Below are positions 1 through 10,366 of a stretch of DNA of 61,911 bases, piece by piece. The DNA is from Pseudomonadota bacterium (GTDB taxonomy: Bacteria > Pseudomonadota > Alphaproteobacteria > Sphingomonadales > Sphingomonadaceae). The position numbers and the translations under genes are program-made. Where the stretch lies: assembly GCA_039804965.1 (NCBI GenBank), contig JBDLVD010000001.1, forward strand, positions 1 to 61,911, in the 5' to 3' direction. Each line of letters begins with the position of its first letter. Positions within the stretch are counted from its first letter, which is position 1. A model generated the notes under the pieces. The model saw only the letters and a list, made by a program, of their open reading frames with translations, did no database searches and was not told the origin of the DNA.

Positions 1-978
<978 letters not shown>

Positions 979-1005
979 GCCCTGCCATCAGGCACACGGA
1001 AAACG

Positions 1006-1040
1006 GGGCCGGGGGAGCAATCCTCCGGCCCTTTTTCTTT
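1006..1040 (+). terminator. Intrinsic terminator of groEL
   Basis: GGGCCGGGGGA-GCAA-TCCTCCGGCCC stem-loop followed by TTTTTCTTT. Confidence 0.9.
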
Positions 1041-1136
1041 GCCCACGCAGCTGCGTCGCGGCCGATCCCGCAGGCGAGGCCTTGCCGAGCGCCGGGGGCG
1101 GCCTATGATTGTTGCATCAAACCGGGAGAAACCATC

Positions 1137-1889
1137 ATGCGTGCCCTTCTGTCGCTTTCGCTTGCTGTCGCGCTGGCCAGCTCTGCCGCCGCCAGTGGCC
1201 CGGTTTCCTCCACCCCCGACTATGCCGCCGCGCTGGCCGACCCCGGTCGCCCTGAAGCCGACCGCAGCCGCGACGCGGCGCGCAAACCCGCCGAATTGCT
1301 CGCTTTCGCCCAAATCGGCAAAGGCGAGAAAGTCGGCGATTACATTATGGGCGGCGGGTACCTGACCCGCGTGCTGGCGGCGGCAGTGGGGCCGCAAGGC
1401 AAGGTCTATGCGTTCCAGCCCGCAGAATTCATCGCCTTCCGCCCGGCCTACGGCGAAGAACAGAAGGCCGCTGCGGCAGCCTATGCCAATGTCGTTCCGC
1501 TGATCGGGCCGGTGGCTGCGCCGCCCTTCCCCGAACCGCTCGACACCATCGTGACCGTGCAGAATTTCCACGATCTGTATATCGGCGCGATGCCGCAGGG
1601 GACCGGTGCAAAGGCAGTGGCCGCACTGTTCGCCGCGCTGAAACCCGGCGGCACGCTGCTGGTGGTAGACCATTCCGCCCGCGACGGCAGCGGCACCACC
1701 ACCACCGACGCCACCCATCGCATCGACCGGCAAACCGCCATTGCCGCCATCAAGGCTGGCGGCTTCATGCTGGAGGCGGAAAGCCCGCTGTATCGCCAAC
1801 CCGCCGATCCGCGCGATGCCAATGTCTTCACCCCGCAAATTCGCGGCAAGACCGATCAGTTCACCCTGCGGTTTCGCAAACCGGGTTGA
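1137..1889 (+). CDS. Signal-peptide-bearing class I SAM-dependent methyltransferase-like protein (COG4798-like)
   Basis: Hydrophobic N-terminus ending in AAA; VGDYIMGGGY glycine-rich motif; LKPGG; C-terminal RGKTDQFTLRF. Confidence 0.85.
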   Translation: MRALLSLSLAVALASSAAASGPVSSTPDYAAALADPGRPEADRSRDAARKPAELLAFAQIGKGEKVGDYIMGGGYLTRVLAAAVGPQGKVYAFQPAEFIAFRPAYGEEQKAAAAAYANVVPLIGPVAAPPFPEPLDTIVTVQNFHDLYIGAMPQGTGAKAVAALFAALKPGGTLLVVDHSARDGSGTTTTDATHRIDRQTAIAAIKAGGFMLEAESPLYRQPADPRDANVFTPQIRGKTDQFTLRFRKPG

Positions 1890-1974
1890 AACACTGGTTT
1901 AATTTACAGGCGTTTTCCACGATTGGACGTCTGACGGCATCATCTCGCCGCTAAGGCATTGTTTTGCCGCGATA

Positions 1975-1993
1975 GGTTAACGATTGTCTAACC
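1975..1993. promoter_or_regulatory. CtrA-binding site
   Basis: GGTTAA-cgattgt-CTAACC, one mismatch to TTAA-N7-TTAA(C); extra TTAA half-site at 2003-2006. Confidence 0.65.
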
Positions 1994-2016
1994 ATGGTCG
2001 CGTTAATGCCCGCAAG

Positions 2017-3039
2017 ATGAACTTCCGCCGATTTGGACCTTTAGCAGTCGCGATCGCATTTGCGGTGGGCCTTCTGGCCCCAGCACAGGCCCGCGACGGA
2101 AGCGACAACTTCGAAAGCGCGTTTGACAGCGCCTTCGGCACAAGCACCCGCGCACCGCGCGATTTTGCGTCGGTTTACAATTCCCCGCTGGCCAAGCGCA
2201 TCGCGCAACTGGCCGATGGCAGCAGCGGCCGCATCGGCGTGGCCGCCATCGATCTGGCAACCGGACAGGAAGTCGCCGTGCTGGGCGACCAGCGTTTTCC
2301 GATGGCCAGCACCAGCAAGGTGGCCATTGCCGCCACGTTCCTTGATGGCGTGGACAAGGGCAAGTGGAAGCTTACCAGCCAATTCCCGCTGATGATGCCG
2401 GTGCCGTCGACGCCGCTGTCTTCCGCCGTCGCGCCCGTCAAGCCGGGCCAGCTGATGCCGGCATCGAAGCTGATCGACCTGATGCTGACGCGCAGCAACA
2501 ATTACGCCACCGATGCGTTGCTGGCTGCGGTTGGCGGCCCCGCTGTGGTCAGCGCATGGGCGCACCGCGCAGGCATCCAGGATTTCCAGCTGACCCGCGA
2601 TATCGCGACGCTTGTGCGCGATGATGGCCGGATGGACCCGGCCATTCACGTCGACACGCGCGACAGCGCCACGCCGCGCGCGATGGTGCAATTGCTGACC
2701 GGCTTGCATCAGGGCAAATGGCTGAGCGGATCGAGCCGTCAGGTGATCCTGACAGCCATGTCCAACTGCCGCACCGGCACGCGCCGCATTCCGGCCAACA
2801 TGCCGGCAGGCACCAGCGTGGCGCACAAGACCGGCACGCTCAACAACACCAGCAGTGACATCGGCATCATCACCATGCCGGATGGGCGCGCATTGGCCGT
2901 GGCGATCTATGTCACCGGGCAGGGATCGCGCGCGAACCGCGAAGTGCGGATCGCCAGCATCGCCCGGGCGCTGGTAGACGGCTATCAGCAGCAGCCGGTG
3001 CAACAGGCATCGCGCCAATGGGCCACGGCCCGCTACTGA
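2017..3039 (+). CDS. Class A beta-lactamase-fold serine hydrolase (PBP-A-like, lacks Glu166)
   Basis: FPMASTSK (SxxK), SNN (SxN), HKTG; signal peptide from ATG 2017; omega loop reads LTRDIATL. Confidence 0.85.
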   Translation: MNFRRFGPLAVAIAFAVGLLAPAQARDGSDNFESAFDSAFGTSTRAPRDFASVYNSPLAKRIAQLADGSSGRIGVAAIDLATGQEVAVLGDQRFPMASTSKVAIAATFLDGVDKGKWKLTSQFPLMMPVPSTPLSSAVAPVKPGQLMPASKLIDLMLTRSNNYATDALLAAVGGPAVVSAWAHRAGIQDFQLTRDIATLVRDDGRMDPAIHVDTRDSATPRAMVQLLTGLHQGKWLSGSSRQVILTAMSNCRTGTRRIPANMPAGTSVAHKTGTLNNTSSDIGIITMPDGRALAVAIYVTGQGSRANREVRIASIARALVDGYQQQPVQQASRQWATARY

Positions 3040-3119
3040 TCCCGCTTTCCATTGCCGGACACGATACACCGCGCCCGCGGTGTTGATGCCCCGTGCCCCG
3101 CTCCGTCCATTCCGCAAAC

Positions 3120-3151
3120 AAAAAGGGCGCAGCCCAGCGGCCGCGCCCTTT
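3120..3151. terminator. Probable bidirectional intrinsic terminator
   Basis: AAAAAGGGCGCAGCC-cagc-GGCCGCGCCCTTT between convergent genes. Confidence 0.8.
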
Positions 3152-3178
3152 CCTGATTTCGCCTTGGCGAAACCGCGA

Positions 3179-3454
3179 TTACTTGGCGGCAGCAGCAGCC
3201 TTGTCGGTCGCAGCTTCGGCCTTGTCGGCAGCGGTTTCAGCGGTGGCAGCGGCAGTGTCGACTGCTTCGCTGGCTGCGGCAGTGGCATCGGCCGCAGCGG
3301 TCGAAACGGCATCGCCAGCAGCGTCAGCATTGGCCGAAGCATCAGCCATCGCAGAATCCATGGCTTCGCCAGTGGCGTCTTCGGTCTTGTTCGAGCAAGC
3401 GGCGAGCGACAGGGCAGCACCGGCAATGGCGGCGGCGAGAACGATCTTGCGCAT
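3179..3454 (-). CDS. Small Ala-rich lipoprotein (91 aa)
   Basis: MRKIVLAAAIAGAALSLAAC lipobox; AAGGAA RBS upstream; corresponds to the C-terminal end of the 916-aa shadow ORF. Confidence 0.9.
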   Translation of the reverse strand: MRKIVLAAAIAGAALSLAACSNKTEDATGEAMDSAMADASANADAAGDAVSTAAADATAAASEAVDTAAATAETAADKAEAATDKAAAAAK

Positions 3455-3661
3455 GGTGTAATTCCTTGAATTGCCAAACAACAAGTGACCGGCCAGCAAG
3501 GCCGGAAACGAAATCCGCAGCGGGCGAACTCTGCCATGCCGAATAATGGCAACTTTGTGGCGAAGCAAGGCAATTGCGGACAACGCGTATCCGCTTACGG
3601 ATAGCACAGGCATTTTGCGAAAGCGGCTGACCTCGCGCCCCGGCGCTGCTAGCTGTAACCA

Positions 3662-6517
3662 ATGCCAGAAAAGCAGCACCTCTATCTCGTCGACGGATCG
3701 GCCTATATCTTCCGCGCCTATCATCGCCTGCCGCCGCTCACCAACCCGGTGGGTACGCCGGTCGGGGCGGTCTATGGCTATACCACCATGCTGTGGAAGC
3801 TGGCGGAAGACCTGCACAAGGCCGATGGACCGACCCATCTGGCAGTCATTCTCGACGCAGGCAGCATATCGTTCCGCAACGACATGTACGATCAGTACAA
3901 GGCCAACCGCCCGCCCCCGCCCGAAGATCTGGTGCCGCAGTTCCCGCTGATCCGCGATGCCACCCGCGCCTTTTCGCTGCCATGCATCGAGGAACAGGGG
4001 CTGGAAGCCGATGACCTGATCGCATCTTACGCCCGCGAAGCCACCCGCCGCGGGTGGGACGTGACGATCGTATCCAGCGACAAGGATCTGATGCAGCTGG
4101 TCGGCCGTTGCGCGCAAGCACACGACGGTATCGAAGGCGGCTGCATCGACATGCTGGACACGATGAAGAACCAGCGGATCGACATCCCCGAAGTGATCGA
4201 GAAGTTCGGCGTGCCGCCCGAACTGGTCGGCGATGTGCTGGCGCTGATGGGCGATGCGGTGGACAACGTGCCCGGCATTTACGGCATCGGCCCCAAGACC
4301 GCGACCAAGCTGATTCAGGATCATGGTGATCTGGCAGGTGCACTGGACGCGGCAGAAGGGATGAAGCCCGGCAAGCTGCGCGAACGGCTGATCGAAGGGC
4401 GCGACATGGCGCTGCTCAGCCGCCAGCTGGTGCAGCTGAAGGAAGATTGTCCGCTGCCGATGCCGCTGGACGATTTCAAGCTGGATGCCGTGCCGAAGGA
4501 ACCGCTCGCCGCGTTCCTGTCCGAGCATGGTTTCACCAGCCTGTTGCGGCGGCTGGATGGCGGCGCGGGCAGCCCCGAACGGGCCAACAATCTCCATCCG
4601 CCCAAGCCTGAACGCCCCGGCGTGGCGGCGGCGCCAGCAGGCAATATGCAGCCCCTGCCCGATATGCCGCCGGTCGACCGGGAGGCATACGAATGCGTGC
4701 AGACGCAGGATCGGCTGGACCACTGGATCGCCCGCGCCTTTGCCGCGCGAATGGTGGCGGTGGATACCGAAACCAGCGCGCTGGATGCGATGCAGGCGGA
4801 TCTTGCCGGGATCAGCCTGGCGCTTGGCCCCAACGATGCCTGCTACATCCCGCTGGGCCATGGCGGCAGCGACATGTTCGCCGAACGGCCGCAGCAGGTG
4901 GACAAGGCCGCCGCTCTCGCCGCGCTGAAGCCGCTGCTGGAAAGCGATGCGGTGCTGAAGATCGGCCAGAACATCAAGTATGACCTGAACATCCTTGCCC
5001 GCCACGGGATCGATGTATCCCCGGTCGACGATACGATGATCATCAGCTTCGATCTGGATGCCGGGCGTTCGCTCGACGGCATCGGCGGCGGGCACGGGAT
5101 GGATGAACTGGCCACCCGCCACCTTGGCCACACCACGATGACGTTCAAGGACATCTGCGGAACCGGCAAGAAAGCCATCCCGTTCGGCGAAGTGCCGCTG
5201 GACCGCGCCACCCAATATGCCGCCGAAGACGCCGACGTTACATGGCGGCTGCATCGCCACCTGAAACCCCGGCTCGCGGTGGAAGGCGGCACCCGCGTTT
5301 ATGAAATGGTCGATCGTCCGCTGATCCCGGTGGTCGCGCAGATGGAACGCCACGGCATCAAGGTGGATCGCCAGCGCCTCGCCAAGCTGAGCGAAAACTT
5401 CGCCACCGAAATCGCCCGCATTGAAGGCGAGATATTCGCGTGCTGCGGCCAGACCTTCACCATCGGCAGCCCCAAGCAACTGGGCGACATCCTGTTCGAC
5501 AAGCTCGGCTACAAGGGCGGGCGCAAGGGCAAGAGCGGGCAGTATTCGACCGATCAGGCCATTCTGGAAGGGCTCGCCGCGCAAGGTGCGCCGGTTGCCT
5601 CCATGGTGCTGGAATGGCGCCAGCTGTCCAAATTGCGCAGCACCTATACAGAAGCGTTGCAGGCCGCGATCAACCCGCAAACGGGGCGGGTGCACACCAG
5701 TTACAGCCTTGTTGGCGCGCAGACGGGGCGGCTGTCCTCCACCGATCCCAACCTGCAGAATATCCCCATCCGCACTGCCATCGGCCGCCAGATCCGCGAA
5801 GCCTTCGTGCCCGAAGAAGGCAACGTTCTGCTCGCCGCCGACTATTCGCAGATCGAACTGCGGCTGGCCGCGCACATGGCCGACGTCCCGCCGCTGAAGG
5901 AAGCCTTCGCCCGGGGCGAGGACATTCACGCCCGCACCGCGGAAGAAATGTTCGGCACCGTGGACCGGGACACCCGCGCCCGCGCCAAGACGATCAACTT
6001 CGCCATCCTTTACGGTATTTCGCGCTGGGGCCTTGCTGGCCGTCTGGGCGTTGAAGCAGACGAGGCACAGGCGATGATCGACCGCTATTTCGAACGCTTC
6101 CCGGGCATCCAGCGTTACATCGTCAGCACGCTGGAACAGGTGCGCGACTGCGGATATTCAGAAACCCTGTTTGGCCGCAAAACATGGTTCCCGCGCATCA
6201 AATCCGCCAATCAGGCCGAACGGCAGGGCAGTGAGCGCGCCGCCATCAACGCCCCGATCCAGGGCACCAGCGCCGATATCATCAAGCGCGCGATGGTGCG
6301 CATGATGCCCGCGCTGGCCGATGCCGGGCTGGGCCATGTGAAGATGCTGCTGCAGGTGCATGACGAACTGGTGTTCGAACTGCCTGTGGGCGATGTCGCC
6401 GCCGCTTCCCCGGTGATCCAACGGGTCATGGCCGAAGCCGCGCTGCCTTCGGTGACGCTGGACGTGCCGTTGGGGATCGAGATCGGCCATGGGGCCAGCT
6501 GGGATGCGGCGCATTGA
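3662..6517 (+). CDS. polA: DNA polymerase I
   Basis: LVDGS 5'-nuclease start, VDTET 3'-5' exonuclease motif, ADYSQIELR, KTINFAILYG, LQVHDELV. Confidence 0.99.
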   Translation: MPEKQHLYLVDGSAYIFRAYHRLPPLTNPVGTPVGAVYGYTTMLWKLAEDLHKADGPTHLAVILDAGSISFRNDMYDQYKANRPPPPEDLVPQFPLIRDATRAFSLPCIEEQGLEADDLIASYAREATRRGWDVTIVSSDKDLMQLVGRCAQAHDGIEGGCIDMLDTMKNQRIDIPEVIEKFGVPPELVGDVLALMGDAVDNVPGIYGIGPKTATKLIQDHGDLAGALDAAEGMKPGKLRERLIEGRDMALLSRQLVQLKEDCPLPMPLDDFKLDAVPKEPLAAFLSEHGFTSLLRRLDGGAGSPERANNLHPPKPERPGVAAAPAGNMQPLPDMPPVDREAYECVQTQDRLDHWIARAFAARMVAVDTETSALDAMQADLAGISLALGPNDACYIPLGHGGSDMFAERPQQVDKAAALAALKPLLESDAVLKIGQNIKYDLNILARHGIDVSPVDDTMIISFDLDAGRSLDGIGGGHGMDELATRHLGHTTMTFKDICGTGKKAIPFGEVPLDRATQYAAEDADVTWRLHRHLKPRLAVEGGTRVYEMVDRPLIPVVAQMERHGIKVDRQRLAKLSENFATEIARIEGEIFACCGQTFTIGSPKQLGDILFDKLGYKGGRKGKSGQYSTDQAILEGLAAQGAPVASMVLEWRQLSKLRSTYTEALQAAINPQTGRVHTSYSLVGAQTGRLSSTDPNLQNIPIRTAIGRQIREAFVPEEGNVLLAADYSQIELRLAAHMADVPPLKEAFARGEDIHARTAEEMFGTVDRDTRARAKTINFAILYGISRWGLAGRLGVEADEAQAMIDRYFERFPGIQRYIVSTLEQVRDCGYSETLFGRKTWFPRIKSANQAERQGSERAAINAPIQGTSADIIKRAMVRMMPALADAGLGHVKMLLQVHDELVFELPVGDVAAASPVIQRVMAEAALPSVTLDVPLGIEIGHGASWDAAH

Positions 6518-7575
6518 TGCAGACCACCTTCGCCAACTTGCCGCACTGGGCCACGCAGACCGGCCTTGCGATTGGCGCGGCAACGGTCGGCATCGTAGTG
6601 GCACTGCTGGCGCATCGGCTGGTGTTCGCGGTGCTGCAACGGGTGACCAGCGCCAGCGAAAGTCAGTCGGACAATATCGTCATCAACCGCCTGCGCCGTC
6701 CTGCTCTCTGGGCGATGGTGGCACTGGGCGTGGTGCTGGCGGCGCGTGAAACGCCGCTGCTGGCCGACGTGTGGGAAAAGATCGCCGGTTTCGTGATGCC
6801 GGCACTGATCGGGTGGATGGCGCTGGCGATCCTGCGCGCCTTCGTCGATGCCGCCGCCTTGCAGGCCGAAAGCGGATCGGCCGACGATCTGCGTGCTCGC
6901 CGCAAACGCACGCGGCTGGCGATTTTCAGCCGCATGGGCACTTTCCTGATCCTGTTCGTCACCATCGGCCTGATGTTGCTGTCGATCCCCGGCGTACGGC
7001 AAATCGGCGTGACCCTTATGGCATCTGCCGGGCTGGCCGGGCTGGCTGTGGGCGCGGCAGCCCAGCCCGCGCTGAAATCGCTGATCGCAGGCTTGCAGAT
7101 GGCGCTGACCGAACCGATCCGGATCGACGATCTTGTCACCATCGATGGCGAAACCGGCCGGGTGGAGGATATCCGTGCGACCTTCGTGATCCTGCGCATC
7201 TGGGACGAACGGCGCATGATCGTGCCAACTTCCCGGTTTCTGGATGGGGGCTTTGTCACGTCCACCCGCTACGGGTCTGACACCACCGGCACGGTCATGC
7301 TGTATGTCCGGCCGGGCGCGGACATCGCGGCGATCCGCACGGCCTTTCTGGATCGGGTCAGGGCCCATCCCAAATGGGACGGCAAACATGCCGCCTTGCT
7401 GGCCACGAATGCAACCATCGACACGGTGGAACTGCGCCTGACCATGAGCGCGCGTGACGGGGCCGACAGCTTCGCGCTGCGCTGCGATCTGCGCGAAGCG
7501 ATGCTGGCGTGGATCGCACGGAATGTGCCCGGCGCCCACGCACCGCTGGCAGCGTTCGAACCCGCTGCGGGCTGA
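6514..7575 (+). CDS. MscS-family mechanosensitive channel
   Basis: Several TM helices, ASAGLAGLAVGAAAQ pore-helix motif, PIRIDD..GETGRVEDI. Confidence 0.9.
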   Translation: MMQTTFANLPHWATQTGLAIGAATVGIVVALLAHRLVFAVLQRVTSASESQSDNIVINRLRRPALWAMVALGVVLAARETPLLADVWEKIAGFVMPALIGWMALAILRAFVDAAALQAESGSADDLRARRKRTRLAIFSRMGTFLILFVTIGLMLLSIPGVRQIGVTLMASAGLAGLAVGAAAQPALKSLIAGLQMALTEPIRIDDLVTIDGETGRVEDIRATFVILRIWDERRMIVPTSRFLDGGFVTSTRYGSDTTGTVMLYVRPGADIAAIRTAFLDRVRAHPKWDGKHAALLATNATIDTVELRLTMSARDGADSFALRCDLREAMLAWIARNVPGAHAPLAAFEPAAG

Positions 7576-7605
7576 CCTTTCGACAGTCAGCCCTTCACGG
7601 GCTGA

Positions 7606-9924
7606 TCAGCCGTCGGGCCCGTGCTTTCGCGTCCGGGTCGATTCCACCATGCCCGGCGTCAGGAACCCGATCGGTCGCACTTCCATTGCCCGCTGTTTCA
7701 ATTCGCCGCGCATCTTGAGGTATTCCTCCTCCATCTGCTCGGTCACGGTTGGGCGACTGTCTTCCAGCGCCTCCGCGAAATCGGCTGCGGTCACTTCGGA
7801 TATGTCGGCCCCGCCCGTGCGGATCGCGTTAAGTCCGGCGCGGCGAACCACGTCCTGCAAGTCCGCCCCGGTATAGCGCTCGGTCTGCTTCGCCAGCGCT
7901 GCCAGATCGACGTCAGCCGCCAAAGGCATCGCGCGCGTGTGGATCTTCAGGATGTGCACCCGGCCCGCTTCGTCCGGCGTACCCACATAGACCAGTTCAT
8001 CGAACCGGCCCGGCCGCAGCAAGGCCGGATCGACCAGCGCCGGGCGGTTGGTCGCCCCAATCACCACAATGGCGTTCAGCTCCTCCATCCCGTCCATTTC
8101 GGCCAAAATAGTATTGACCACGCGCGCCGTCACCTGCGGTTCGTTGCCACTGGTCCCGCGCGCAGGGACCAGACTGTCAATTTCATCGATGAACACGACG
8201 CACGGCGCCACTTGTCGCGCGCGGGCAAACAGGCGGCTGATCTGCTGTTCGCTTTCACCAAACCATTTTGACAGCAAGTCGCTGGATTTGATGGAAATGA
8301 AATTGGCTTCCGCCTCTTTCGCCACGGCCTTGGCCAGCAACGTCTTGCCGGTGCCGGGCGGGCCATAGAGCAGGAAACCCTTGGCCGGGCGGATGCCCAG
8401 CCGCTCGAACGCCTGCGGGTTCTTCAGCGGCAGTTCCACGCCTTCGCGCAGCTTTTCTTCCGCATCGTCCACCCCGCCGATATCGGCCCAGCCGATGGTC
8501 GGCGTCTGCACCATCACTTCGCGCATGGCGGATGGCTGCACGCGTTTCAGCGCCTCGCGAAAATCGTCCTTTTCGACGACGAGGTTTTCCAGCACTTCGG
8601 GCGGAATGGTGCGGGCATCGAAATCCAGCTTCGGCATGATTCGCCGGACCGCCTCGATCGCAGCTTCACGCGCCAGAGCGGAAAGGTCGGCGCCGACAAA
8701 GCCGTGTGTGGTGCGCGCCAGTTCACCCAGATCCACCCCTTCACCCAGCGGCATGCCGCGGGTGTGGATGCCCAGGATTTCGCGGCGGCCACGTTCATCG
8801 GGCACGCCGATGATGATTTCCCGGTCGAACCGGCCGGGCCGGCGCAAGGCTTCATCAATCGCGTCGGGACGGTTGGTGGCAGCGATCACGACAATGTTGG
8901 CGCGGCTTTGCAGACCGTCCATCAGCGTCAGCAATTGCGCGACCAGCCGCTTTTCCGCTTCGCCCGAAACATCCTGCCGCTTGGGCGCGATCGAATCGAT
9001 TTCATCGATGAAGACGATAGCCGGCTGGCTGCGTTCGGCTTCTTCGAACACTTCGCGCAGGCGCCGTTCGCTTTCGCCATAGGCGCTGCCCATGATTTCG
9101 GGGCCGTTGATAGTGAAGAAGGTGGCATCGCTTTCGTTCGCCACGGCCTGCGCCAGCCGGGTCTTGCCGGTGCCCGGCGGGCCGTGCAGCAGCACGCCCT
9201 TGGGCGGATCGACGCCGAGCCGGGTGAACAGTTCGGGATAGCGCAGCGGCAATTCCACCATCTCGCGCAGTTGCCGAATGGTGTCTTCCATGCCGCCGAC
9301 GTCATCGTAATTGATGATCCCGCGGCCATCGCGCGGTTCTTCGAATTCGGCGCGCAGTTCGATTTCGGTGTTTTCGTCGATATGGACGATGCCCTTGGGG
9401 GTGGTGGCGACCACCTGAAGACGGATTTCGGTGAGCGCGTAGGCCGGAGCGTTGAACATCCGCCGTACTTCAGGCGGGACGTTCTGCACCGGCTGCTGAC
9501 CATGGGTAGCCACCAGATCGCCTGCCGTCACCGGGCGCTTGAAGAACACCCGCTTCAGGGCTTCGGTCGGCCCCTGCAGCCGCATTTCGCGTTGTGCCGG
9601 GGCGAAGACGACACGCGTGGCCGGGCGCGATTCCGCCCGGCGCACTTTAACATGTTCGCCCGAAGACGTGTCGGCATTGGCCCGTTGCAGGCCATCGAGG
9701 CGGACGACGGAAAGTCCTTCATCCTCTTCATAAGAAGCGAAAGCGATCGCAGCACTGATGCGTTTGCCTTCAATTTCCACGACATCGCCTTCGGTGATGC
9801 CCAGCGCCTGAAATGCACTGCGCGGCATACGGGCAATGCCCCGGCCGCTTTCTTCCTGGCGGGCAGCGGCTACTTGCAGCCGGACAGTGCCTTCATCAAT
9901 TTTCGCCGCGTCAGCGTCTGCCAT
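7606..9924 (-). CDS. CDC48/p97/VAT-family double-ring AAA+ ATPase
   Basis: N-domain plus two AAA modules (GPPGTGKT twice, FIDEIDS twice, ALRRPGRFD and ALLRPGRFD). Confidence 0.97.
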   Translation of the reverse strand: MADADAAKIDEGTVRLQVAAARQEESGRGIARMPRSAFQALGITEGDVVEIEGKRISAAIAFASYEEDEGLSVVRLDGLQRANADTSSGEHVKVRRAESRPATRVVFAPAQREMRLQGPTEALKRVFFKRPVTAGDLVATHGQQPVQNVPPEVRRMFNAPAYALTEIRLQVVATTPKGIVHIDENTEIELRAEFEEPRDGRGIINYDDVGGMEDTIRQLREMVELPLRYPELFTRLGVDPPKGVLLHGPPGTGKTRLAQAVANESDATFFTINGPEIMGSAYGESERRLREVFEEAERSQPAIVFIDEIDSIAPKRQDVSGEAEKRLVAQLLTLMDGLQSRANIVVIAATNRPDAIDEALRRPGRFDREIIIGVPDERGRREILGIHTRGMPLGEGVDLGELARTTHGFVGADLSALAREAAIEAVRRIMPKLDFDARTIPPEVLENLVVEKDDFREALKRVQPSAMREVMVQTPTIGWADIGGVDDAEEKLREGVELPLKNPQAFERLGIRPAKGFLLYGPPGTGKTLLAKAVAKEAEANFISIKSSDLLSKWFGESEQQISRLFARARQVAPCVVFIDEIDSLVPARGTSGNEPQVTARVVNTILAEMDGMEELNAIVVIGATNRPALVDPALLRPGRFDELVYVGTPDEAGRVHILKIHTRAMPLAADVDLAALAKQTERYTGADLQDVVRRAGLNAIRTGGADISEVTAADFAEALEDSRPTVTEQMEEEYLKMRGELKQRAMEVRPIGFLTPGMVESTRTRKHGPDG

Positions 9925-9958
9925 CAGCCCAGCCTCTTGTGATCGTGTTGCTGATGGA

Positions 9959-9987
9959 AGCTAGGATCGGGCATGCCGGATTGCAAA
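9959..9987 (-). promoter_or_regulatory. Putative RpoH (sigma32) promoter of cdc48
   Basis: Minus strand TTTGCA-N16-CCTAGCT resembles the alphaproteobacterial CTTGAA-N15/16-CCTATAT consensus. Confidence 0.5.
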
Positions 9988-10055
9988 CGCCGAGCCCGAA
10001 ACGGATGGCGAGCGACCGGGTTTGGCACGGCGGCGGAACGCCGCGCGTCATGGGC

Positions 10056-10120
10056 AAAAAAAGGGCCCGATCGTTGCCGACCGGGCCTTTGAAAGTTTGG
10101 GAGAGGATGCCTGAAAGGCA
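10056..10120 (-). ncRNA. SuhB/MmgR (alpha-r8)-like small RNA
   Basis: Minus strand UGCCU-UUC-AGGCA hairpin, single-stranded UCCUCUCCCAAACUU anti-SD motif, then GGCCCGGUCG-GCAA-CGAUCGGGCC terminator with U7. Confidence 0.75.
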
Positions 10121-10205
10121 CCCCCCATATGCGGAGAACCGCCGATTCTCGCAAGTGCAATATCCGCAATCTTACATGCAAAATATGCAACATATCATTA
10201 GGCCA

Positions 10206-10219
10206 TTGATTTAGATCAA
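10206..10219. promoter_or_regulatory. FNR/FixK box
   Basis: TTGAT-ttag-ATCAA, perfect consensus. Confidence 0.7.
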
Positions 10220-10256
10220 TTTTCTTGGGGTACAGGGGGCTAAATAACTGACTCTA

Positions 10257-10270
10257 TTGAAAATTATCAA
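10257..10270. promoter_or_regulatory. Second FNR/FixK-like box
   Basis: TTGAA-aatt-ATCAA, one mismatch. Confidence 0.55.
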
Positions 10271-10289
10271 GTGTCATCAGTAATCATAT

Positions 10290-10301
10290 TGCAGTGCAGC
10301 A
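10290..10301 (+). promoter_or_regulatory. PhaR/AniA-like operator upstream of scoA
   Basis: TGCAGTGCAGCA fits the recalled rhizobial PhaR consensus TGCRNYGCASMA. Confidence 0.5.
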
Positions 10302-10366
10302 TTTGCATGGTGGGTGACATGTCTCGGGCTTCCCCGTAAGGTGCGGCAACTGCCAAAGGATCGCCC

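Noticed and set aside
3179-5929. 916-aa minus-strand ORF and other long antisense ORFs (e.g. 13380-15434, 19797-21287, 29728-32028, 36494-38314, 39344-41392)
   Set aside because: Shadow frames of high-GC genes (polA, metK, hisS, maeB, mutS) with no family motifs; only the last 91 aa of the first ORF is a real gene
10023-10040. TGGCAC as a sigma54 promoter
   Set aside because: No TTGC/GC at the -12 position
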